Position numbers and translations under genes: made by a program. Of a stretch of 32,000 nucleotides of DNA, positions 17,075 to 25,778 are shown piece by piece (positions within the stretch are counted from its first letter, which is position 1; every line of letters starts with the position of its first letter). Source of the DNA: an uncultured Clostridia bacterium (GTDB lineage: Bacteria; Bacillota; Clostridia; TANB77; CAG-508); assembly GCA_944389425.1 (NCBI GenBank), contig CALXMH010000005.1:7166-39165 (forward strand), written 5' to 3'. The notes below the pieces were generated by a model. It ran no database searches. It worked only from the letters and a program-made list of their open reading frames with translations, and was not told the DNA's origin.

Positions 17075-17827
17075 ATGAAAGATTTGTTGGAAATTTACAA
17101 AGACGTAAAGGAGTTAAATCGGAAAGGAATTGCAGTTATATTAGGTATTTTATTAGTTTTTTTTTTTTTTTTATCAAATAATGATTTAAAAATAGGTACC
17201 TATTGCATGTTAACTGCAATGCTAATTGCTTATATGTGCTTTGTAATAAAAATTATTACAGAAAAATTGGACATGCAAATTAGAAGAACGCATTCATGTG
17301 AAAAAGTTGAGAAAACTAAGAAAGACTTAGAAATAACAGCTTTTCATGAAGCAGGACATGCCATTGTTGCACGAATTTCAAATCCTAAGGCAACAATCCA
17401 AATGGTTACTATTGAAGGAAGTAAAGAAGGAAACTATGCAGGCTTTGTAAAAAGAGAATTTAAAAGAACTATTTTACAAAAAACAGATAGGCTTTCAGAA
17501 ATACGTATATGTTTTGGTGGTATGGTAGGTGAACTAATTGCCTATGGGCAAAGTTCTTATGGAAGTAGAGATGACTTACGAAAGGCAAAAAATATAGCTA
17601 CTGACATGATTTATCTAGATGGCATGGGAGAACAAATAATTTATGCAAGAGAAGATAATAAAGTAATTGAAGAAGCAAATATTATTTTGAAAAACGAAAA
17701 AGCAAATGCTATTAAAATTTTACAAGATAATAAAGAGCTTTTATATAGCTTAAAAGACTTACTTTTGCATAAAAAAACTCTTAACCAAACAGAAACGGAT
17801 ACTTTCTTTAAAAAATACGGAATCTAA
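17075..17827 (+). CDS. Membrane-anchored stand-alone peptidase M41 (FtsH protease-domain-like) protein without an AAA+ module
   Basis: HEAGHAIVA (HExxH), then GGMVGELIAYG..GSRDDLRKAKNIATDMI..GMG, which parallels the FtsH C-terminal protease domain. N-terminal hydrophobic segments. SD GGAGGG. In-frame CGG at 17120-17122 (codon 16). Confidence 0.6.
   Translation: MKDLLEIYKDVKELNRKGIAVILGILLVFFFFLSNNDLKIGTYCMLTAMLIAYMCFVIKIITEKLDMQIRRTHSCEKVEKTKKDLEITAFHEAGHAIVARISNPKATIQMVTIEGSKEGNYAGFVKREFKRTILQKTDRLSEIRICFGGMVGELIAYGQSSYGSRDDLRKAKNIATDMIYLDGMGEQIIYAREDNKVIEEANIILKNEKANAIKILQDNKELLYSLKDLLLHKKTLNQTETDTFFKKYGI
17157..17172. repeat. T16 homopolymer inside the 5' part of ORF 17075 (encodes VFFFFL)
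   Basis: Direct count: 16 consecutive T. Confidence 0.95.
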
Positions 17828-17832
17828 ACAAA

Positions 17833-17865
17833 AAGGAGCTTCACTTGGAGCTCCTTCATTTTTAT
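17833..17865 (+). terminator. Intrinsic terminator
   Basis: AAGGAGCT / AGCTCCTT stem followed by CATTTTT. Confidence 0.7.
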
Positions 17866-17989
17866 TATTTAAGATTAATTCTAAATCAAACCTCCAGAAT
17901 TATCCAAAATTGACAAATTTTAATTTTTCGTATATAATAGAAGAGTATCTGAAATTTTAATTTTTAAAAATGAGGAGAGATATTTTAAA

Positions 17990-19465
17990 ATGAAAACAAA
18001 AAAAATTCTACCAATACTAGTAGTAACGATTTTGGTTAGTATAGTATTTGCAGGAATTTCTTATTGTGCAACAGGACTTGTGACAGGTAATACGGTGAGA
18101 ATTAGAAAATCACCTTCTACAGAAGCTGAAATTATTACAAATGTTTATAAAGACGACAATATAACAGTTTTAGAAAAAGAAGGGGACTGGTATAAGGTTG
18201 AATACGAAGGAAACGAAGGATACATTTTTGGAGAATATATTGATGTTGATGACTCAGAACTAAATAGTGAAGAGAATATCAATAATAGCGAAGATGAAAA
18301 TAATACAAATGAAAATGAAAACACAGAAGGAAGTGGAGAAGTTTCTAGCTCTACAAGTGTTGGAGAAATAAGACTTCAAGAAGTTTATACAGTTAAAAAT
18401 AATACTAAATTATATATACTACCACTTATTTCATGTCCTGTATTAGAAGAAATTAGTGCAGGAAGTGATATTACAGCTATTCAAGTGGTAAATAACTGGG
18501 TTTATGTCCAAGGGGAAAATGAAGTAGGGTGGATTTTAAAATCTGCCATAGAAGAATCAGATACAACAAATAATGAAGAAGAACCAAAGGAAGAACCAGT
18601 AGAAGAAACACCAACTAAAAAAGTTGGATATGTAAATGTTGAAATGGCAAATGTTAGAGAAGATGCAACTGTTGAATCTGAACATGTTGTTACTGTAACT
18701 TTAAATATGGAACTTACCATTTTAGGAGAAAAAAATGGGTGGTATAATGTAGATACAAATGGTACTACTGGATATATTAATAAAAAATTAGTTTCAGATG
18801 AGCCAGTTACGATAACAACATCTAGAAGTATAACAACATCTAGAAGTTTGACTTATGGAAGAAAAAGTGTTCAAAATGATGTAGTTGTTGCTACTGCAAA
18901 TGCCACAACAGAGCTTGTTGAAACAAAACAAGAGCAAGAAAGAAAACTTGCTGAAAAAAGAGAAGCAGAGGCAAAAGCAAAAGCCGAGGCAGCTAAAAAA
19001 GCCACTGCTAAAAAAGCCACTGCTAAAAAAGCCACTGCTAAAAAAGTGAGTGTTGCAAAGGACTCAACAGTTAAGCTAAATGGTAGTGGTGCAACAGGTT
19101 CAGAAATAGTAGCATATGCTAAACAGTTTTTAGGTGGAAAGTATAAAAGTGGAGGAAGCAGTCCTAGTACAGGATTTGACTGTTCAGGATTTACTTCGTA
19201 TGTATATTCACATTTTGGGTATAGTATAAGTAGAACATCAGGAGGGCAAGCTCAAAATGGTAAAAATGTCTCGAAAAGTCAGTTAAAACCTGGTGATATT
19301 ATAGCTTTTTATAACCAAGGAAAAACAAAGATAGGACACGTAGGAATATATATAGGAAATAATCAATTTATACACTCGGAAAACTCTAGAACTGGTGTTG
19401 TAATAACTTCTTTAAATAGTTCTTATTATGGAGATAGATTTGTATGTGCAAGAAGAATTATTTAA
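17990..19465 (+). CDS. Secreted cell-wall hydrolase: signal peptide, SH3b repeats, low-complexity linker, C-terminal NlpC/P60 domain
   Basis: SH3b-like segments (TGNTVRIRKSPS..GDWYKVEYEGNEGYIFGEYI and two more). The NlpC/P60 core has catalytic Cys in FDCSGFTSYVY and His in IGHVGIYIG. Confidence 0.9.
   Translation: MKTKKILPILVVTILVSIVFAGISYCATGLVTGNTVRIRKSPSTEAEIITNVYKDDNITVLEKEGDWYKVEYEGNEGYIFGEYIDVDDSELNSEENINNSEDENNTNENENTEGSGEVSSSTSVGEIRLQEVYTVKNNTKLYILPLISCPVLEEISAGSDITAIQVVNNWVYVQGENEVGWILKSAIEESDTTNNEEEPKEEPVEETPTKKVGYVNVEMANVREDATVESEHVVTVTLNMELTILGEKNGWYNVDTNGTTGYINKKLVSDEPVTITTSRSITTSRSLTYGRKSVQNDVVVATANATTELVETKQEQERKLAEKREAEAKAKAEAAKKATAKKATAKKATAKKVSVAKDSTVKLNGSGATGSEIVAYAKQFLGGKYKSGGSSPSTGFDCSGFTSYVYSHFGYSISRTSGGQAQNGKNVSKSQLKPGDIIAFYNQGKTKIGHVGIYIGNNQFIHSENSRTGVVITSLNSSYYGDRFVCARRII
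18812..18847 (+). repeat. Perfect 18-bp tandem duplication (ATAACAACATCTAGAAGT x2), encoding ITTSRS x2
   Basis: Direct read inside the P60 linker. Confidence 0.9.
18992..19045 (+). repeat. 15-bp tandem repeat (GCTAAAAAAGCCACT, about 3.6 copies), encoding (AKKAT)n
   Basis: Direct read inside the P60 linker. Confidence 0.9.
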
Positions 19466-19498
19466 AAAATGGGGGCAATTAAATAGGAGTGAAATAAA

Positions 19499-21900
19499 AT
19501 TAACAGACCAATTTTAATTGCATGCTTAGGATTTATAATAGGAATAATATGGGGGCTATACTTTAAAATAAGTATAGCTCTTGTTTGTGCTACAATAATA
19601 TTAATTTGTAGTATTTATATAAAATCTAAGTTTAATCTTAAAGGATATTTATTAAATAGAAAAATAGTTAGATTTGTATACAAGATAATATTAATATTTT
19701 TAGTAATGAGCATTATAGGGGATATATATGTAAAATCGCGTGCAGATAATTATGAAAAAATATATTCAAAAAATAATATTAATGATTATGCATTAGTTAT
19801 TAGTGAAGAGTCACAAACTGAATATAAAAAGGTATATACAATAAAAACAATTGGAAATATAAAAAATAAGAAGTTTATTTTAAAAATAAATAAAAATAAT
19901 AAAATAAATTTAAACTATGGTGATTTAATAAAAGTAAATGCAGAATACGAAAAACCAAGTGTTAGTAGAAATTATAAAGGTTTTGATTACTCAGTGTATT
20001 TAAAATCAAAAGGAATATATGGAACAATATATGCAAATTCCAATAATATAGAATTACTAGAAAACAGTCATATTAATATAATAGATAAAACAATTAATGA
20101 TATAAGAAATGTGATTATAGATAATTCAAAAAAATTAATTCAAAAAGATACTATTTCAGGATTGTTAATAGGAATTTTAGTAGGAGATACAAGTTATATA
20201 GATGAAAATACAGAAAACAATTTTAAAGACAGCAGTTTAGCTCATATGCTTGCAGTATCTGGACAACATGTAGCATATATTATTATTGCAATAAGTTTTG
20301 CACTTAAAATAAGTAAACTTGGAAAAAAAACAGGGAAAATAATTAGTATTTGTATAATAATAATATTCATGCTAGTTACAGGACTTACAGCCTCTGTATT
20401 TAGAGCGGGAATTATGGGGATTTTAATTATTTTAAGTAGCTTATTTCATAGAAAATCTGATATATATAATAATTTAGCTTTATCAATGATTATTATATTA
20501 TTTACAAATCCGTTTGCAATATATGATGTTGGACTATGGCTTTCATATGCTGGTACGCTAGGAATTATACTATTTCAAAAGCCTATAAATAATTTATTTA
20601 TAATAAAAGTAAAAAATAATGTATTACAAAAGATTATTGATTTTATCAAAGAAATGTTAGTTATAACAATTTCAGCACAAATTGTTATAATCCCTATAAT
20701 GGCACTTAATTTTAATCAAATATCTATAATGTTTTGGCTATCTAATGTACTTGCTTCTCCGATTATTGCAATATGTATAATTGGTGGGTTTATAGTAATT
20801 TTTATATCTATTATATATTTTCCATTAGCTCAAATTTTAATAATTCCGATTGAATTTTTAATTAATTTGCTAATTTTAATAGCAGAAAAAACAGCAAATA
20901 TTCCATTTGCCAATATATTAATTACAACACCTAGACCAAGTTTTGTAAGTTTATACTATATTTTTTTAATAGCTATACTTTATTATAAAAGAGGTAGCAA
21001 AAAACAATATAAAATAGAAAAAATAATAATAAATAAAATAAAAAACTGTACTAAAAATGCTTTTATACTTCTAGTTATGATTTGTATTGTTTCATATGGA
21101 ATTAAAATTATAGATAAAAAACTTTATATACATTTTATAGACGTAGGTCAAGGTGATTCTACTTTAATTACTACTCCAAGTGGAAAAAATATATTAATAG
21201 ATGGGGGAGGAAGCGATTCTACATATAATGTAGGAGAAAGTGTTTTGCTGCCATATCTATTAGATAGAAATATAAAAACAATTGATTTTGCAATGATAAG
21301 TCATTTTGATAGTGATCATTGTTTGCGGAGTATTTACAATCATAGAAAAATTAAATGTTAAAAATATTATTATAGCAAAGCAAAAAGAAAATTCTGAAAA
21401 TTATGAAAAATTTTTGGAAATTATAAAACGAAAACATATAAAAGTAATTATAGTAAAAGCAGGAGATAGAGTAAAAATAGATAATGAAACATACTTTGAA
21501 ATAATTTGGCCAAATAAAAATCAATTATCTGAAAATGCTTTAAATAATAATTCAATAGTTGCAAAATTTATTCATAAAAACATAAAATTATTGTTTACAG
21601 GTGATATAGAAGAAGTTGCAGAAAAAGAAATAATTAAGTTGTACTCAAAAAAATTAGAAGCTGATATAATAAAAATTGCACATCATGGTTCTAAAACATC
21701 ATCAATTCAAGATTTTATAGACTTTGTAAATCCCAAAATTGCATTAATTGGTGTAGGAGAGAAAAATACATTTGGTCACCCTAATGAAGATGTAATATTA
21801 AGATTAAAAAAGCGCGGAATTAATATACTTAGAACAGATAAATTACGGAGAGATAACAATTTGCTTTAATAATAAACGGCTTAATGAAATTAGAATATAA
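19499..21900 (+). pseudogene. comEC: DNA internalisation competence protein ComEC/Rec2, interrupted by +1 frame breaks at in-frame CGG codons (21326-21328, 21846-21848, possibly 21877-21879); no ATG at the 5' end of the open frame
   Basis: Polytopic competence domain, then the metallo-beta-lactamase domain (HFIDVGQGDS, ISHFDSDH, KIAHHGSK, FGHPNEDV). The frame is open from 19493. ATT at 19499 lies 9 nt after AGGAG. See findings for the junctions. Confidence 0.8.
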
Positions 21901-21966
21901 AATTATAAATAATAATTGAATAAATTGGGAAATAATGCAAATACTATAAACATCAAATGAAAAAGG

Positions 21967-22563
21967 ATGATGTTTATGAGAAATTTTTTGCTAATTGTAA
22001 CCGTAATATGCATATTTGTTGTTAGTGGAATTTGTGGATATTACATATATGAAGCTGCTACTAAAAATGAAGAAAAAGTTGATAATATATCTAAAATAGC
22101 AAAAGTTACTGTCGAAAATGGTGTAAACACTTCTGCACCAAGTCTTCTTACAAGTATGGTTGAAGAAAAGGTATCTCCAAATGCAACTCTAATAATAAAG
22201 AAACACTATAGCGGATGTGGGCATACAACAAAAGATTATGCAGAAATACCCGCTGAACTTGTAAATTTAAAAGAAGATGAAGTAAGAGAGGCGTTAACTG
22301 GCTGGGAATTAAAAGGATTTTCAGCTAATGAAGTTGTAATATTAAAAGAACTGACAGGAATCTGCAATGAACATTATGTATTAAGAGAAAAAGACGGAGT
22401 AATTGCAATTTATACAGAAAATGAAAATGGAGATGAAATATTACATGAAATCACAGAAATATCAACAGATTATTTAACAGAGCAAGATAGGGAAGAATTA
22501 AAACAAGGAATAAAAGCAATTGGAAAAGAAGAGTTAAATAGTACGATAGAAGATTATGAGTAA
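21967..22563 (+). CDS. Hypothetical membrane-anchored protein; the start may be the ATG at 21976
   Basis: N-terminal TM (FLLIVTVICIFVVSGICGYYIY). The C-terminal part (GICNEHYVLREKDGVIAIY) vaguely recalls BofC-like domains, which is weak memory only. Confidence 0.5.
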   Translation: MMFMRNFLLIVTVICIFVVSGICGYYIYEAATKNEEKVDNISKIAKVTVENGVNTSAPSLLTSMVEEKVSPNATLIIKKHYSGCGHTTKDYAEIPAELVNLKEDEVREALTGWELKGFSANEVVILKELTGICNEHYVLREKDGVIAIYTENENGDEILHEITEISTDYLTEQDREELKQGIKAIGKEELNSTIEDYE

Positions 22564-22574
22564 AAAGATTTAGA

Positions 22575-22610
22575 AAAAGTAGCAACCCATGCTTGGGTTG
22601 CTACTTTTTA
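22575..22610. terminator. Bidirectional intrinsic terminator between convergent genes
   Basis: AGTAGCAACCCA / TGGGTTGCTACT form a 12-bp stem flanked by an A-run and a T-run. Confidence 0.8.
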
Positions 22611-22621
22611 ATTTACTTGCG

Positions 22622-23164
22622 TTATTTATTTTCCTTTGCACTCTTTTTTAATTTAGAGAATGTTTTAAAATACATATATAGTGCAAATATTGTAAGTGCA
22701 ACAGCTATATAGTACAAATACATATCAAATGCTAAATTTAGACTAAATTGTTTATTTAACATAGATACTAGTATTGCAATATAAAATAACACTGTTGCTG
22801 CCTTACCATACCATCTACTACCAACAACTGTGTTTTTATCATAAAGAAAAGCTGCTCCTGCAATCATTAATAATTCTTTTATAATAACAACAACTAAAAT
22901 CCATACAGGTATAATTGATTGAATTACTAAAACTATTAATGTAGAAATTTGTGTTAGCTTGTCTGCAAGAGGATCAAATAAAGTTCCAAAGTCAGATATA
23001 AAATTATATTTTCTAGCAATATAACCATCTAATACATCTGTTGCACCAGATAATGTTAGAAATATTACAGCCATTACATAATTTTCCTCTAATGCAAAAT
23101 AAAAAATTACAGGTATAAGTAAAAGTCTAATTGCTGTTAAAATATTAGGTACATTTTTAAACAT
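22622..23164 (-). CDS. pgsA: CDP-diacylglycerol--glycerol-3-phosphate 3-phosphatidyltransferase
   Basis: CDP-alcohol phosphatidyltransferase motif DVLDGYIARK...G...DPLADK. The likely start is MFKNVPNILT (ATG at 23164), with GGAGG 8 nt upstream. Confidence 0.8.
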   Translation of the reverse strand: MFKNVPNILTAIRLLLIPVIFYFALEENYVMAVIFLTLSGATDVLDGYIARKYNFISDFGTLFDPLADKLTQISTLIVLVIQSIIPVWILVVVIIKELLMIAGAAFLYDKNTVVGSRWYGKAATVLFYIAILVSMLNKQFSLNLAFDMYLYYIAVALTIFALYMYFKTFSKLKKSAKENK

Positions 23165-23189
23165 TTCAAAATCCTCCATTTATTACTAA

Positions 23190-25469
23190 CTATTTTACCA
23201 TAAAATTTAGCTCATTATCAACTAAACTAACAAAAATTGTTTGACCATTTTGCAATTCGCCTTTTAATAGCATATCTGATAAAGGGTCTTCTACATATCT
23301 TTGAATAGCACGTCTTAATGGCCTTGCTCCATATTTTAGGTCAATTCCATGTTCTAACAAATATTTTTTTGCATCTTCTGTGATTTCTAAATTAATATTT
23401 TTATCTAATAAAGCAGACTTAGTATCATTTAATAATAAATCTATAATTTGTATTAATTCTGCTTCTGTAAGTGAATTAAATACTAATATTTCATCAATTC
23501 TGTTTAAAAACTCAGGTCTAAATGTATCTTTTAGAGAGTCAAATATCTTATTAGAATCAACCGTTTGTTTTGCAAAACCAATTGAATTATTATTTAAATT
23601 AGAGCCAGAATTAGATGTCATAATAATAATAGTATTTACAAAGCTTACTGTATTACCTTGCGAATCTGTAAGTTTTCCATCATCTAATACTTGTAATAAT
23701 ATATTAAATACATCAGGATGGGCTTTTTCAATTTCGTCTAGTAGTATAATTGAATATGGCTTTCTTTTAACTTTTTCAGTTAATTGACCAGCATCATCAT
23801 ATCCTACATAACCAGGAGGTGAGCCAATTAATTTTGATGTAGAATGACTTTCCATAAATTCAGACATATCAAAACGTATAATTGCATCTTCACTTCCGAA
23901 CATTTCAATTGCTAATGCTTTTGCAAGTTCTGTTTTACCAACACCAGTAGGACCAACAAACATAAAAGAAGGTGGACGTTTACAACTTTGAAGTCCAGCA
24001 CGATTTCTTCTAATAGTTTTTGCAACAGCAGAAACTGCATGGTCTTGACCAATTATTCTATTATGAAGATTTTTTTCTAAATTTAATAATTTTTGAGTTT
24101 CAGCTTCTGTAATTTTTGTAACAGGTATTTTTGTGGCATATTCAATAACTTCTGCAATATCTGCAACTGTAAGTTCTTGAACTTTAAGTTCAGATTCTAG
24201 CTCTGCTATTCTTGCCTGTATATTACATTCTTTTGTCTTTAAATCAGCAGCTTTTTTGTAATCTTCAATAGAATCAGAAGAAACAGCATCCTCTTTATCT
24301 TCTTCTATTTTTTTTAGGTCATTTTTTAATACTTCAAGTTCAAATAAAGTTGTATTATTTAAGTTTAGCCTTGAACATGCTTCATCTAATAAATCTATTG
24401 CTTTATCTGGAAGAAATCTATCATGAATATATTTTTCAGACATCTTTACAGTTTCAGCAATTACATCATTAGATATTCTAACTTTGTGATATTCTTCGTA
24501 ATATCCTTTTATACCTTTTATTATTTCTATACTATCCTCAATATTTGGTTCGTCAATTATAACTGGTTGAAATCTTCTTTCTAATGCAGAATCTTTTTCT
24601 ATATATTTTCTATATTCTTTTAAAGTAGTTGTTCCAATTAATTGAATTTCACCATTAGATAAAGAAGGCTTTAATATATTTGCAGCATTCATGGCATGTT
24701 CTGCATCACCAGCACCTATTATATTATGAATTTCGTCTATAACAAGAATTATATTACCACATGCTTTGCACTCATCTATTAAGGATTTCATTCTTGATTC
24801 AAATTGTCCTCTAAACTGTGTACCCGCAATAATTGCTGTCATATCTAAAAGATAAACTTCTTTATTTAAAAGTTTGGCAGGAACTTTTTGCTCAGCAATC
24901 TTAATAGCCAAACCTTGTGCAATAGCTGTTTTACCAACACCAGGTTCACCAATTAAACAAGGATTATTTTTAGAACGTCTATTTAATATTTGTATAATTC
25001 TTTGTATTTCACTATTTCTTCCAATAACCATGTCTAATTTATTATTTTTAGCCAAATTAGTAAGATTTGTTCCATAAGTATCTAAAAATTTTCTTTTTTT
25101 ATCTTTTATCTTTTTTTCTACTTTTACTTTTCTTTTACCAGATGTATTTTCCTCTGAATCATTATTATCATTATTTGAAAACATATTTGCAAATATAGAA
25201 CCAAGAGAATTATCACTATTATTAGATAAATCATCAAAACTTGAATTTTCTAAATTGTCAGATAAATTTTTAAATATATTTTCAAATTGTCTAGACATGT
25301 TTTCTAAATCTTTTTCAGAAAGATTAGATTGTTTTGCAAGAACTTCTAGTGGATTTATACCTTTTTCTTGTGCACATTGAAAACATAATCCTTCAATTTC
25401 TTGTTTGCCATTAACTTCTTTATTAATAAAAATAACAGCTGTATTTTTATTACAATTTGAACATAACAT
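23190..25469 (-). CDS. clpE: ClpE-type two-NBD AAA+ Clp/Hsp100 chaperone with an N-terminal CxxC...CxxC zinc ribbon
   Basis: N-terminus MLCSNCNK...LCFQCAQ. Walker A motifs GEPGVGKT and GPTGVGKT. The ATG at 25469 has AAGGAG 10 nt upstream; the ORF-track start at 25505 overlaps the promoter. Confidence 0.8.
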   Translation of the reverse strand: MLCSNCNKNTAVIFINKEVNGKQEIEGLCFQCAQEKGINPLEVLAKQSNLSEKDLENMSRQFENIFKNLSDNLENSSFDDLSNNSDNSLGSIFANMFSNNDNNDSEENTSGKRKVKVEKKIKDKKRKFLDTYGTNLTNLAKNNKLDMVIGRNSEIQRIIQILNRRSKNNPCLIGEPGVGKTAIAQGLAIKIAEQKVPAKLLNKEVYLLDMTAIIAGTQFRGQFESRMKSLIDECKACGNIILVIDEIHNIIGAGDAEHAMNAANILKPSLSNGEIQLIGTTTLKEYRKYIEKDSALERRFQPVIIDEPNIEDSIEIIKGIKGYYEEYHKVRISNDVIAETVKMSEKYIHDRFLPDKAIDLLDEACSRLNLNNTTLFELEVLKNDLKKIEEDKEDAVSSDSIEDYKKAADLKTKECNIQARIAELESELKVQELTVADIAEVIEYATKIPVTKITEAETQKLLNLEKNLHNRIIGQDHAVSAVAKTIRRNRAGLQSCKRPPSFMFVGPTGVGKTELAKALAIEMFGSEDAIIRFDMSEFMESHSTSKLIGSPPGYVGYDDAGQLTEKVKRKPYSIILLDEIEKAHPDVFNILLQVLDDGKLTDSQGNTVSFVNTIIIMTSNSGSNLNNNSIGFAKQTVDSNKIFDSLKDTFRPEFLNRIDEILVFNSLTEAELIQIIDLLLNDTKSALLDKNINLEITEDAKKYLLEHGIDLKYGARPLRRAIQRYVEDPLSDMLLKGELQNGQTIFVSLVDNELNFMVK

Positions 25470-25500
25470 ATACACATTTCTCCTTACTCTTAACTTAATA

Positions 25501-25529
25501 ATCATACCCTAAAAAACGCATATAGTCAA
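25501..25529 (-). promoter_or_regulatory. sigmaA-type promoter candidate for clpE: TTGACT, 17 nt, TATGAT
   Basis: On the minus strand, -35 at 25529..25524 and -10 at 25506..25501. Confidence 0.45.
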
Positions 25530-25715
25530 GCTTTTTATATTGAAATTAATTAAATTTTAAGATAATAATAAAATAACTTTAATCTATAAAAAAATTTAGA
25601 AAAAATAAAAAAATAGGGATAAGCCTTTAATTTCATGAATATATTATTACTGGGACAAAACTAAAAACGCTTATAAGCCTTGTACCCGTAAGAGTAAATA
25701 AAATGTTACAAAAAT

Positions 25716-25744
25716 TTGACAAGAATAACTAAAACATGTATAAT
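25716..25744 (+). promoter_or_regulatory. Consensus sigmaA promoter candidate: TTGACA, 17 nt, TATAAT
   Basis: -35 at 25716-25721 and -10 at 25739-25744, upstream of the G5/3D gene. Confidence 0.6.
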
Positions 25745-25778
25745 GTGAAAGAACCTAAGAGGAGGGATTAAATTTTAT

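Noticed and set aside
25506-25560. CtsR operator upstream of clpE.
   Set aside because: Only a single degenerate AGTCAAG heptad is present and it overlaps the -35. The tandem GGTCAAA-NAN-GGTCAAA repeat is absent.
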